Assembly (NCBI GenBank): GCA_963725865.1
Contig: CAVSAC010000014.1
Span: 1,120,001-1,184,000, forward strand
Direction of reading: 5' to 3'
Source: Candidatus Eiseniibacteriota bacterium
GTDB taxonomy: Bacteria; Eisenbacteria; RBG-16-71-46
DNA length: 64,000 nt
Shown here: in pieces, positions 27,501-37,046 of the stretch
Layout of the letters: every line of letters begins with the position of its first letter
Position numbering within the stretch: position 1 is the stretch's first letter
The notes under the pieces: model-generated
Told to the model about the DNA's origin: nothing
Database searches by the model: none
The model's input: the letters and a program-made list of their open reading frames with translations, nothing else
Translations under genes and position numbers: made by a program

Positions 27501-28769
27501 ATGAGCTACCATGCCCAGCCCATGGACCGCACCTCCGTCGAGATCGCGGCACTCGCGTTCCAGAGCGTGTTCACGCTGCTGATGGCCGGCGTGTACTACA
27601 TGCTGTGGCTGCGCCAGCATCGGACCTACTTCGCCTCGTGGGCGGCGGGCTGGGCGCTGTACGCGGTGCGCCTGCACTGCATCATGGTGTTCCTGATCAC
27701 CCGGCACGAGGCGTGGCTGTTCGCGCACCAGGCCATCACCGGCGTGAGCGCGTTGCTGCTGCTGTTCGCGGCGCTGCAGTTCTCGCGCGGGGTGAGCTGG
27801 CGCTGGCGCTACGTGTGGGCAGGGGTGGCGGCGGTGGCGTGGGCCGCCGTCGCGATCTTCGGCATCCACAACATGGCGGTCGCGGGCACCTCGACCGTGA
27901 TCCTGCTCTCGGGCGTGACGCTGTGGACCGGGTTCGTGTTCTTCCGTCACAGCGGGCAACACCCCTCGCGGGGCGCGCGCTTCCTCGCCTGGACGTTCAC
28001 GCTGTGGGGCCTGCACCACCTCGACTATCCGATCCTGCGCCCGCTCGGCGCGGGAGTGCTCTACGGCGTGTTCGCGGACGTGCTGTTCATCATGGCGAGC
28101 GCGGTCGGTACCATGTTCCTGGTGCTCGGCGAGGGGCGGCGCGCCCTGCAGGTGCGCACCCAGCAGCTCGAGCAGCTCACGCACCTGGTGCTGCGCGCAC
28201 AGGAGGAGGAGCGCCGGCGCATCGCCCGGGCGCTCCACGACGAGGCGGGACAGATCCTCACCGCGGTCAAGATCGAGCTCGACCTGGAGGGCAAGACCGA
28301 GGCGGGCACGATGGTCGGCCGCGCGCTCGCGCAGGTGCGCGACCTGTCGAACCTGCTCCGTCCGACGGTGCTCGACGACCTCGGCCTGCTGCCCGCGCTG
28401 CGCGGGCTGGTCGACGATTTCGCGCAGCGCACGCGCATCGAGGTGCGCCTCGAGAGCCCCGAGGCGCTCCCGACGATGGCGCCCGACGTCGAGGTCGCGA
28501 TCTACCGAGTGGTCCAGGAGGCCCTGACCAACGTCGCACGCCACGCGCGCGCCAGCCGCGCCGAGGTGCAGCTCGGCGTCACCGACGGGCAGGTGCGCGT
28601 CACGGTCCAGGACGACGGGCTCGGCATCTCGGGAACGCCGGTACCGCACATGGGCCTCCTCGGCATGCGCGAGCGGGTGACCGGACTCGGAGGCCAGCTC
28701 CAGGTCGGCAACGCGCCCGGCGCCGGGGCCCGCATCGAAGCCACCCTTCCCGTGGGAGCCGCCGCATGA
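27501..28769 (+). CDS. Multi-TM sensor histidine kinase (HisKA_3, NarX/UhpB type)
   Basis: About 7 TM helices, 'QEEERRRIARALHDEAGQ', 'YRVVQEALTNVARH', 'DDGLG', 'GLLGMRERV'. Confidence 0.92.
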   Translation: MSYHAQPMDRTSVEIAALAFQSVFTLLMAGVYYMLWLRQHRTYFASWAAGWALYAVRLHCIMVFLITRHEAWLFAHQAITGVSALLLLFAALQFSRGVSWRWRYVWAGVAAVAWAAVAIFGIHNMAVAGTSTVILLSGVTLWTGFVFFRHSGQHPSRGARFLAWTFTLWGLHHLDYPILRPLGAGVLYGVFADVLFIMASAVGTMFLVLGEGRRALQVRTQQLEQLTHLVLRAQEEERRRIARALHDEAGQILTAVKIELDLEGKTEAGTMVGRALAQVRDLSNLLRPTVLDDLGLLPALRGLVDDFAQRTRIEVRLESPEALPTMAPDVEVAIYRVVQEALTNVARHARASRAEVQLGVTDGQVRVTVQDDGLGISGTPVPHMGLLGMRERVTGLGGQLQVGNAPGAGARIEATLPVGAAA

Positions 28770-29422
28770 CCCCTCGCAAGACCCGCGTGATGCTCGCCGA
28801 CGACCATGCCCTGGTGCGCGCCGGCCTGCGCCGGCTGCTCGAGTCCCAGCCCGATCTGACGGTGTGTGGAGAGGAGGCCGACGGGGAGTCGGCGCTCAAG
28901 GCGCTCAAGACGGCGATGCCCGACGTGCTGGTGCTGGACCTCACCATGCCGGGGATCGACGGCTTCGAGGTGCTGCGCCGCGCGAAGAAGGCCGAGCCCG
29001 ACCTCAAGGTGCTGGTGCTGACGATGCACGCGAACCCGGAGTACGTGCAGCGGGCCATCACCGAGGGTGCCGACGGCTACCTGCTCAAGGACTCGGCGGT
29101 GCAGGACCTGGTGGCCGCCATCGATGCGGTGAGCGAGGGGCGCGCGTACTACAGCCCGCAGATCCACGCGCGCCTGGCGGAGATCCTGCGCGCGGGCAAG
29201 GAGACCGAGCCGCGACCGCTCGACGTGCTGACCGACCGCGAGCGCGAGGTGCTGAAGCTGGTGGCCGAAGGCCTGGCCACCAAGGAAATCGCCGCGCGCC
29301 TCGACATCAGCGGGCGCACCGTCGAGACCCACCGCGCGAACATCATGCGCAAGCTCGATCTCCGCTCCGTGGCCCGCCTGACGCAGTTCGCCATCCGGGA
29401 GGGCCTCGTCCGGGCTCCGTAG
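28766..29422 (+). CDS. NarL/FixJ-family response regulator
   Basis: 'LADDHALVR', 'VLDLTMPG', 'GYLLK', LuxR HTH 'LTDREREVL...ISGRTVETHRANIMRKL'. Confidence 0.95.
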   Translation: MTPRKTRVMLADDHALVRAGLRRLLESQPDLTVCGEEADGESALKALKTAMPDVLVLDLTMPGIDGFEVLRRAKKAEPDLKVLVLTMHANPEYVQRAITEGADGYLLKDSAVQDLVAAIDAVSEGRAYYSPQIHARLAEILRAGKETEPRPLDVLTDREREVLKLVAEGLATKEIAARLDISGRTVETHRANIMRKLDLRSVARLTQFAIREGLVRAP

Positions 29423-29454
29423 TCCTACGGACCTCCCCTCCGCACTCTTGCGAA
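29416..29454. promoter_or_regulatory. Tandem 7-2-7 inverted repeats (putative NarL-family operator)
   Basis: Perfect TCCGTAG-TC-CTACGGA (29416-29431) and degenerate TCCGCAC-TC-TTGCGAA (29439-29454), upstream of the TonB receptor. Confidence 0.55.
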
Positions 29455-29538
29455 TGGAGAGTCACACCCGATCGACCGTAACCTGTCTACGTGGACGTCA
29501 TCGAGGTCGGTCCAGGGAGTGAGGAGGAGGGGAGGGCG

Positions 29539-31689
29539 ATGGGAACCCGTCAGAACCGCCAGGACGCGAAGGACATGCTCCTTCGCTTTTTTGCTTTCGT
29601 GGGGCTCGCTTGCGGGCTGCTCACGGCGGCTCCGGCACACGCGAAAGGCGTGGCCGACACGGTCACCGTGCTGCCTCCGATCCGCGTCGATGGCAGCCGC
29701 ATCCCGATCGACCAGCGTCAGACCGGCACCCAGGTCCTGCTGGACCGCGCGCGCATCGCGCGCTTCCTGCCTGCCACCGCGACCGACGCGCTCATCTCGG
29801 TGCCCGGCGTCGACCTCGTCAAGACCGGGCCGTGGGCCTCGCGGGTGTCGATGCGGGGGCTCTCCGGTGACCGCGTCCTGGTGATGGTGGACGGTGTGCG
29901 ACTGAACACGGTCCGCGGCCACGGCGCGCAGGCGTCGCTGGTGTCGGTCGACCAGCTGGACGCGGTCGAGGTGATGCCGGGCGCGGGCAGCGCGCAGTAC
30001 GGCTCCGACGCCCTCGGCGGCGTCGTGAACTTCGTCACCCATCACTCGCTCATCGAGCCGGTCGCGCGGCAGAGCCTGATGATCGCCGGCCACACCTCCG
30101 ATCCCGGCGGCACCTGGTCGCAGACCGCGCGCTGGCGCTTCACCGGCCCGCGCCTCGGCGTGGAGCTCTCCGGCGGGTCCGGGGCACAGCAGTTCCTGAA
30201 GACCCCGAACGAGCGCGTCGCCAACAGCGGCAGCCGCGACCAGAACCTCGGTGGCCGTGTCACGCTGCGGCTCGGCACCGCGACGTTCGACTACGAGCGT
30301 TCGCAGCAGCGGGCGTTCGACATCGGCCTGCCGGCGTTCGGCAACCGCGCCGGATCGCGCGGTGTGTATCCGCTCCAGCAGCGCGACCTCGACCGCATCG
30401 AGGTCGTGCAGCCGGGGTGGGCCCGCTTCGCCCCGGAGGCGCGGGTGCTGGTGGTCGGACAGTCGTTCGTGACCGACTTCGACGAGCTGGTGGTCGACAC
30501 GGTCGCGGTCGGGCGCAACCGCGTGATCAAGTCGACCGACTCGCGCGACCACGTGACCACCACCACGTGGGGCGTGCAGCCCTCGCTGCGTTTCTCGAAC
30601 CTCGCCGGCCTGCGGCTCGCGGGCGAATGGCGCCACGAGCGCGCGAACGGTCCGCGAGCGATCCAGGGCTGGACCACGACGGTGGCCGGCGCCCCGTGGG
30701 GCACGCCGACCAGCGGCGCGGCGACGCCGGTGCCGCCGGCGTGGCGGGACGTGTGGTCGGGCTCGGCGTCGATCGCGCCGCGCTTCGGTCCGGCCCAGCG
30801 CGTCCACCTCGAGGCCGGGCTGCGTCACGACCAGCAGCAGTCGCATGCCGACGGTCACTTCTCGACGCTCGACCCGACCCAGTTCAAGGCGGCCTCGGAC
30901 CTCGAGGACCGGCGCACGAGCGCCGAGAGCGGCCTCAGCGTCGACCTCGGTCACGTGGAGCCCTACGCGCACGTGTCCTCGGGCTTCCGCGCGCCAAACC
31001 TCGACGAGCGCTACTACGAGGGCTACATCCACGGCGAGCTGTTCGTGATCGGCAACGGCGACCTGCGGTCCGAGCGGAACGTGACGAACGAGCTCGGCCT
31101 CAAGCTGCGCGACTGCGGTCCGCTCTCGAACGCCCGCTTCTCGGTGTACCGCTCCGAGGTCCACGACCTCATCCAGCTCACGCCCGGCACGCTCTACCAG
31201 GGCGTGATGCGCTTCGGCTACGAGAACGTGCGCCGCGCCCGCATCGAGGGGGTCGAGGGCACCGCGCAGCTGCGCGTCCGCTCCACCACGCTGGGGCTCA
31301 GCGGCACGCTGCCGCGCGCGTACGAGTACGTGAACGTGGTCAAGCAGGGGCTCACCACCGACGCCGGCACCGCGCGGGCGTCGGTCGAGCTGACGACCCC
31401 GATGCTGAACATGATGCCGCAGGGCCTGCTCTCGGTGCGCTGGCGCTGGAACGACGCGTTCCAGCCGCGCGATCCGAACCTCTGGCGCCCGTCGTTCCAG
31501 ACCACCACGATCGAGGTCTCGACCGTGCTGAGCGGGCTGCGGACGGTGTTCACCGTGAAGAACGTCTTCGACCGCGCCTACTTCGAGCCGCTCAGCTTCA
31601 TCCCCGAGTCCGGTCGCACGTTCTCGGTTTCGATCCGCCGCGAGTTCGGTCTGCCCGCCTCGCTGGGCAACGCCAAGAAGGACCACTGA
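29539..31689 (+). CDS. TonB-dependent outer-membrane receptor (possibly heme-type)
   Basis: Plug 'DALISVPGV...MRGL..DRVLVMVDGV...EVMPGAGSAQYGSDALGGVVN', 'GFRAPN...H...NGDL', 'KNVFDRAY...GRTF'; strong RBS. Confidence 0.9.
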   Translation: MGTRQNRQDAKDMLLRFFAFVGLACGLLTAAPAHAKGVADTVTVLPPIRVDGSRIPIDQRQTGTQVLLDRARIARFLPATATDALISVPGVDLVKTGPWASRVSMRGLSGDRVLVMVDGVRLNTVRGHGAQASLVSVDQLDAVEVMPGAGSAQYGSDALGGVVNFVTHHSLIEPVARQSLMIAGHTSDPGGTWSQTARWRFTGPRLGVELSGGSGAQQFLKTPNERVANSGSRDQNLGGRVTLRLGTATFDYERSQQRAFDIGLPAFGNRAGSRGVYPLQQRDLDRIEVVQPGWARFAPEARVLVVGQSFVTDFDELVVDTVAVGRNRVIKSTDSRDHVTTTTWGVQPSLRFSNLAGLRLAGEWRHERANGPRAIQGWTTTVAGAPWGTPTSGAATPVPPAWRDVWSGSASIAPRFGPAQRVHLEAGLRHDQQQSHADGHFSTLDPTQFKAASDLEDRRTSAESGLSVDLGHVEPYAHVSSGFRAPNLDERYYEGYIHGELFVIGNGDLRSERNVTNELGLKLRDCGPLSNARFSVYRSEVHDLIQLTPGTLYQGVMRFGYENVRRARIEGVEGTAQLRVRSTTLGLSGTLPRAYEYVNVVKQGLTTDAGTARASVELTTPMLNMMPQGLLSVRWRWNDAFQPRDPNLWRPSFQTTTIEVSTVLSGLRTVFTVKNVFDRAYFEPLSFIPESGRTFSVSIRREFGLPASLGNAKKDH

Positions 31690-31690
31690 G

Positions 31691-33646
31691 ATGACGCGCC
31701 CGACCGGCCTCCTGGCCCTCGCCCTGCTCGCGCTCACCGCCGCGGCCGCCGTGGCGCGGACCACTCCGAACCCCGACGGCCGCGCGCTCGTCGACCCGTT
31801 CTCGGGAGTCGTGATCGTGCCCGGGCGCACCGCCACCCATGCCGCTCCGGCCGGCGCGCAGAGCACGCAGTTCGTGAACGTGCCGCTCGCGGCCGGCGCC
31901 ACGCTGCTCGATTCGACGTGGTACGACCTGCAGGACATGGGCTCGCTCGGCACCCGCATCATCTGCCCGCCCGACGGCTCCGTGCACCTGAGCTACGAGA
32001 AGGACTTCTGCGAGCTGGACGTGGCCGGCTGTCCGCCCGATCGCACGCGCCCCGTACCCGATCCGTATCGCGGGATGGGCTATCGCGCACGCAGCCCGCT
32101 CGGCGCGTGGACCAACTTCGGCAAGGTGCAGGACCCCGACCTGCGGCAGGGTTGCTGCCCGACCGAGCTGTTCGGCGGCTTCGGGACCATGGCGATGACG
32201 GCCGGCGGCCGGATCGCGATCGCGCAGCACCTCAACGAGGACGGTTGCGACCTGCGCGGCAACTTCTACCTGCAGGACGCGCCGGGCGCTTCGACGTGGA
32301 CCGGCTACCTCACCCCGATCAACAGCCCCTCGTACCTGTTCCCGCAGGTGTCGTCGAACGCCGACGGCTCGTTCACGGTGCTCGCCGAGGTTCCGCTCGC
32401 GGGCTCGTACCTCGAGACCCAGGCGATCGCGGTCAGCCACGTCCCGGCGAACAAGGTCGGCACGCTGTTCACCTGCCCGGTCGGCTGGCAGGCCAACGCG
32501 TGGACCTCGATCATCCCGACCACGTTCTTCCGTGACGGACTGCCGGCGTTCCCGCACATCGCGGCCTCGCCGAACGGCCGCGTGGGGGTCGCGGTCGGCG
32601 ACTTCGGCGGCAACGTCTACCTCGTCGAGTCCTCGAACGGCTCGTTCGCGGCCGGCACGATCACGATCCGGAATCTCACGAACTACGCCGACGCTCAGGT
32701 CACCGTGTCGGACTCGACCTCGACCCAGTACCGCGCCTACGTGAACTGCCACCTCGCCTACAACGACACCACCCCGAACGTGGTGTGGAGCGAGCTGCAG
32801 GCACGCAAGAGCGGCAGCACGGTCGTGTTCCTCGACTACCACTCGCGCATCGTCCACTGGGACCCGATCCACGGAAAGACGGTGGTGAAGCAGGTGCAGG
32901 CCGGCGAGGGCGACCGCTTCGACGACGTGGACCAGGGACTCTCGGGCCCGCTGCCCGGCTTCAACACGCTCGCGGTGGACTGGCCGCAGGTCGGCTTCTC
33001 GCCCGACGGCTCCGAGACCTACGTGACGTGGCTGCGAGCGAGCGACGCCGAGATCGACGCCACCGCCGACATGGGGCTGCCCGGCATCGTGACCGGCGTG
33101 GCGTTCCTGGACATCGCGGCAAGCGTGCGCGGGCCGAGCGGAGTGTGGAGCGCGGCGCAGAACCTGACGCAGACGCCGCAGACGGATGAGCGCTTCGCGG
33201 CGCTCGCCGCGCGCGACGCGGACGGCAAGGCGCACGTGGTGTTCAGCGCCTCGGCCACGAACCAGGCGGGCAACGTGGTGATCGGCGACCGCGGCACTAC
33301 GCCGGGTAACGTGCTGCGCCGGATCGGCTATCTCGAGGTGCCGTTCAGCGGCTCGACCGTGTCGGTCGGCGACGCTCCGGCCACGTCGGCGCCGGCGCTG
33401 CGCGCGGCCCCGAATCCCGCGCACGGGCGCGTGACGTTCTCGCTGCCGGCGCGGGCGCCGGAGACTCGATTCGTGGAGGTGTTCGCGGTGACCGGGCGCC
33501 GGGTGGCGCGGGTCGCCGTGGTGGGTGGACAGGCCGTGTGGGATGGGCGCGATGCCGAGGGACGGTCGGTAGCGACCGGCGTCTACTGGGCTCGCCGGAT
33601 GGGAGGAAGGGAGGAGGCCGGGACCCGGTTCTTGCTGTTGCATTGA
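31691..33646 (+). CDS. Secreted protein with C-terminal FlgD-Ig-like domain
   Basis: Signal peptide; Cys-containing beta-rich body; tail 'APNPAHG...VFAVTGRRV...WDGRDAEG..VATGVYW'. Starts 1 nt after the receptor stop. Confidence 0.85.
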   Translation: MTRPTGLLALALLALTAAAAVARTTPNPDGRALVDPFSGVVIVPGRTATHAAPAGAQSTQFVNVPLAAGATLLDSTWYDLQDMGSLGTRIICPPDGSVHLSYEKDFCELDVAGCPPDRTRPVPDPYRGMGYRARSPLGAWTNFGKVQDPDLRQGCCPTELFGGFGTMAMTAGGRIAIAQHLNEDGCDLRGNFYLQDAPGASTWTGYLTPINSPSYLFPQVSSNADGSFTVLAEVPLAGSYLETQAIAVSHVPANKVGTLFTCPVGWQANAWTSIIPTTFFRDGLPAFPHIAASPNGRVGVAVGDFGGNVYLVESSNGSFAAGTITIRNLTNYADAQVTVSDSTSTQYRAYVNCHLAYNDTTPNVVWSELQARKSGSTVVFLDYHSRIVHWDPIHGKTVVKQVQAGEGDRFDDVDQGLSGPLPGFNTLAVDWPQVGFSPDGSETYVTWLRASDAEIDATADMGLPGIVTGVAFLDIAASVRGPSGVWSAAQNLTQTPQTDERFAALAARDADGKAHVVFSASATNQAGNVVIGDRGTTPGNVLRRIGYLEVPFSGSTVSVGDAPATSAPALRAAPNPAHGRVTFSLPARAPETRFVEVFAVTGRRVARVAVVGGQAVWDGRDAEGRSVATGVYWARRMGGREEAGTRFLLLH

Positions 33647-33725
33647 CGCTCACGAGGTCCGCCGCCGGCATGGATCCGGCAGGCGTCATCCATATCGCAC
33701 GACGCGACATCTTTGGAGACCGCAC

Positions 33726-34520
33726 ATGAAGACCGCTACCACGTTCGTCCTGGCGCTGACCGGGATCCTGCTGATCGGCTCCACCGCTTCCGCCCAGATC
33801 CAGCCCGTGCTCTACGAGCGCGTGCCGGGCGGCGTCATGGAGCACACCTGGATCGGCGGCTTCGGCACGCCGAGCCACTTCCTGCAGCCCCTCACGCTCA
33901 CGCCCGACTCCGCGGGCTACGCGAATCCTTCGGGCGACCACACGGTGGCGGTCGCCACGAACGCCATCCCCGACAGCGGCGGCATCGTCCTGACCGTGAC
34001 CGACCCCGGTCCCTACACCGCGGACTACATCTGGGAAGGCTGGATGTTCACCGGCCAGAACAACACGCGGCGCGGCCTGCTGCTGCGCGGCGACCCGACC
34101 AACGACTTCACGTCCTGCTACCAGTTCGTCGTGCAGTCGGGCGGCTTCGCCATCAACTTCCGCCGCCTCATCAACCAGACGCCGACCACGCTGGGCACGT
34201 GGAACGCGCTGGCGCTCGGGTACGCGGGATCGCTGCCGAACGACACCTGGGTGCACATGAAGGTCATGGCGTCCGGCGCGAGCTTCCGCTGCTTCATGTC
34301 GGACCTCGCGGGCCAGGACGTCGAGCTGACGCAGACCGCCGGCGTCTCGACCCCGATCGTGGACGCCTCCCCGCTGCTCACGGGCTGGCCGGGTGTCTAC
34401 AACTTCCGCTTCGACCTCGGCAACGTGCCGGTGTACTTCGACGACCTCACGCTGTCGGCCGATCCGACGACGCCGGCGAGCACGGTGTCGTTCGGCGCAC
34501 TGAAGGTGCGCTACCGGTAG
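33726..34520 (+). CDS. Secreted beta-sandwich (lectin-like) protein with C-terminal 'SFGALKVRYR' motif
   Basis: GGAG RBS, signal peptide 'MKTATTFVLAL...ASA', ends 'PTTPASTVSFGALKVRYR'. Confidence 0.85.
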   Translation: MKTATTFVLALTGILLIGSTASAQIQPVLYERVPGGVMEHTWIGGFGTPSHFLQPLTLTPDSAGYANPSGDHTVAVATNAIPDSGGIVLTVTDPGPYTADYIWEGWMFTGQNNTRRGLLLRGDPTNDFTSCYQFVVQSGGFAINFRRLINQTPTTLGTWNALALGYAGSLPNDTWVHMKVMASGASFRCFMSDLAGQDVELTQTAGVSTPIVDASPLLTGWPGVYNFRFDLGNVPVYFDDLTLSADPTTPASTVSFGALKVRYR

Positions 34521-34561
34521 CAGCGACGACACGATGCCGCGCGGGAAGCCCCGCGCACGCG

Positions 34562-34591
34562 CGAGGCCCCGGTGATCGCACCGGGGCCTCG
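34562..34591. terminator. Hairpin after the receptor operon
   Basis: CGAGGCCCCGGTG-ATCG-CACCGGGGCCTCG perfect 13-bp stem. Confidence 0.6.
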
Positions 34592-34599
34592 TCGCGTCC

Positions 34600-35081
34600 G
34601 CCAGGAAGGCGGGGGCAACCGCGCTCGCGCCGGACGAGCATGCGGCGGGTCCTTCGCGGCAGTCGTCGAACGGGCGGACGCAGAACTCGTGCGCGCCACC
34701 CGCGCCCTGCCGGACGGCGCACGTCGTGGCATCCGCGGCCACCGTGCTCACGAGCACGCCGTCCCGATACACGTGGTATCCACTCTCGCCGGCGATGTCC
34801 GACCAGCTCAGCCTCACCTCGCAGCGCTGGTCGCTCGACGCGGTGACCGGCGCGGCGCTCGCGATCGGGGCGCACGCGGCCTCCGCCTCGGAGGGATCCG
34901 ACGCGGAGCTACAACCGGGGTCGCATCCGAAGTCCACACAGCCGTCGCCGTCGTTGTCCACGCCGTCCCCGCACGCCGCGGTGTTGCACTCGGATTCGCC
35001 ACCGCCCGGGAGCCCGCCGATGTTCACCGCGCCCAGCCCGACGGCGGCGATGCTCGAATAGGTGACATCGCCGCGACACAC
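34600..35081 (-). pseudogene. Orphan fragment of an extracellular Cys-rich/Fn3 protein
   Basis: 'CGDGVDNDGDGCVDFGCDPGC' repeat plus Fn3-like 'LSWSDIAGESGYHVYRDG'. No signal peptide or good start; the frame runs on through the hairpin, antisense into other genes. Confidence 0.55.
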
Positions 35082-35117
35082 GAGGTGGTGTGGCCCCGAG
35101 TTGGTGCGGCGCGCGCG

Positions 35118-37046
35118 CTAGCCGCGCTTCGCGGTCCGCTTGCGGCTCATCGATACGCGCCGGGGAGCCGGCCGCGACTTCCGCCCCGCAGCCGACTTCG
35201 GCGCACGCCGGGCGGCGGCGCGCGCACGCCGGGGCGTCGGCCTGGTGGTCCGCCCGGCGCCGGCGTCCGCGCGTTTCGCCGCGTCCACCAGCGCCTTCGG
35301 CACTCGCACCTCCATCGCCAGCAGCGCGTGCGAGAGCGTCTTGCCCTGCGGGTCGAAGCGCAGCGAGACCGTGCCGCCGCCGCCCAGCGACTCGTGCAGC
35401 AGGAAGTTCAGCGCCCACAGGTTCGGCACCTCGTGGCGCACCACCTTGCCGAAGCACACGCCCTGGAATCGCCGCTTCACCACCGCCGCCGTGAGCGTGC
35501 GCGCGAGCCACGGATAGAGCTCGGGAGCGCGCGCGATCACGCCGATGTTCGCGGTGTCGCCCTTGTCGCCGCTGCGACCGTGCGCGAGCACCGACAGCGG
35601 CACCGTCACGCGCGCGGCGGAGCCCTTGACCGCCGGCCACGCCGGCTTCGGCAGCGCCGCCGGCTTCGCCAGCGGCACGATCGGCGTCGGCCAGTCGAGC
35701 GCGCGCTCGCCGTCGCGGGTCACCAGCGTGGGCTTCACGCGCTCGCGCGGCACCAGCGCGGGCCAGTACGCCACCACCTCCTGCGCCTGCGGGCGGCCGC
35801 CGGTGACCGCGACCCCGGGCGGACCGGACAGGATCACCGCCGGCACCAGCTTCGAGAACTTCTCGATCTTGGCCTTGTCCGCGTCGCGCACCGAGAGGCG
35901 CAGCAGCACCTCCTGCGGCTCGCTGGGTGCCGCGACCGGACCCCAGCACGAGGAGTGGCCGACGAAGTCGGTGTAGGTCTCGGTGAACGTGAGCCCGAGG
36001 CGCTTCCAGAACAGGTCGGCGAACGCGTACGCCTTCTCGAGCGCGTCGGGCGCCGAGATGATGAGCGTGCCGCTCGCCTTCCAGCCGTCGAAGTACGACG
36101 CGCTCACCTTGAGGCTCGCCGGCGCGGGGCGGCCCTTCACGCCCCACACGCGCACGCGGTCACGGCCGGCCTGCTCGAGGCGGATGGTGCCGAAGTCGGC
36201 GATCACGTCCGGCGTGATGTAGGCGCGCGGGTCGCCCATCTCGTAGACCAGTTGCTCCTTCACCGTGCGCACCGTCACCGCGCCGCCGGTGCCGGCGTGC
36301 TTGGTCACCACGAACGAGCCGTCGGGCGATACCTCGAGCACCGGGTAGCCAATCGACTCGAACCGCCGGATGGAGCGCCAGTCGGTGAAGTTGCCGCCGG
36401 TGCTCTGCGCGCCGCACTCCACGATGTGCCCCGCGACGATGCCAGCCGCGAGCCGGTCCCAGTCGTCGGCCGCCCAGCCGAACGCGTGGATCATCGGCGC
36501 GAGCGTGATGCCGGTGTCGGTGCAGCGGCCGGTCACCACCACCTGCGCGCCGGTGCGCAGCGCCTCCACCACCGGCCACGCGCCGTAGTACGCGTTGGCC
36601 GACGACACGCGGTCGCGGATGCGCGCGAACGGCGCGCCGGTCTCCATGTCGTCGAGCGGCACGCCGGCGCTGTTCAGCTCGCCCAGCCGCTCCAGCAGGT
36701 CGTCGCCCACCACCGCCGCCACCTCGAGCGTGCGCCCGCGCTTCTGCGCCATCTCGAGCAGCGCGCCGCGGCAGCCGAGCGGATTGACGCCGCCGGCGTT
36801 CGTGATGGCGCGCGCGCCGCTCTTCGCCAGCAGGTCGAGCGACTCCTCGACCTGCATCACGAAGTCGCGCGCGTAGCCCGCCCGCGCGTCGCGGGCTCGC
36901 TGCTTTTGCATGATCGACATCGTGATCTCGGCCAGGAAGTCGAGCGTCACGTAGTCGACCGGGCCCAACTCGAGCTGGCGGCGGAACTGGGCGAGGTCGT
37001 CGCCCCAGTAGCCGCCGGCGTTGGCGATGCGGATCACGTCGGTCAT
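35118..37046 (-). CDS. atuA: Acyclic terpene utilization AtuA-family protein with basic C-terminal tail
   Basis: 'IRIANAGGYWGD', 'DFLAEITM', 'NAGGVNP', 'TGRCTD', 'GHIVECGAQSTGGN', 'EQLVYEMGDP', 'GRSGDKGD', 'DPQGK'. Confidence 0.88.
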   Translation of the reverse strand: MTDVIRIANAGGYWGDDLAQFRRQLELGPVDYVTLDFLAEITMSIMQKQRARDARAGYARDFVMQVEESLDLLAKSGARAITNAGGVNPLGCRGALLEMAQKRGRTLEVAAVVGDDLLERLGELNSAGVPLDDMETGAPFARIRDRVSSANAYYGAWPVVEALRTGAQVVVTGRCTDTGITLAPMIHAFGWAADDWDRLAAGIVAGHIVECGAQSTGGNFTDWRSIRRFESIGYPVLEVSPDGSFVVTKHAGTGGAVTVRTVKEQLVYEMGDPRAYITPDVIADFGTIRLEQAGRDRVRVWGVKGRPAPASLKVSASYFDGWKASGTLIISAPDALEKAYAFADLFWKRLGLTFTETYTDFVGHSSCWGPVAAPSEPQEVLLRLSVRDADKAKIEKFSKLVPAVILSGPPGVAVTGGRPQAQEVVAYWPALVPRERVKPTLVTRDGERALDWPTPIVPLAKPAALPKPAWPAVKGSAARVTVPLSVLAHGRSGDKGDTANIGVIARAPELYPWLARTLTAAVVKRRFQGVCFGKVVRHEVPNLWALNFLLHESLGGGGTVSLRFDPQGKTLSHALLAMEVRVPKALVDAAKRADAGAGRTTRPTPRRARAAARRAPKSAAGRKSRPAPRRVSMSRKRTAKRG

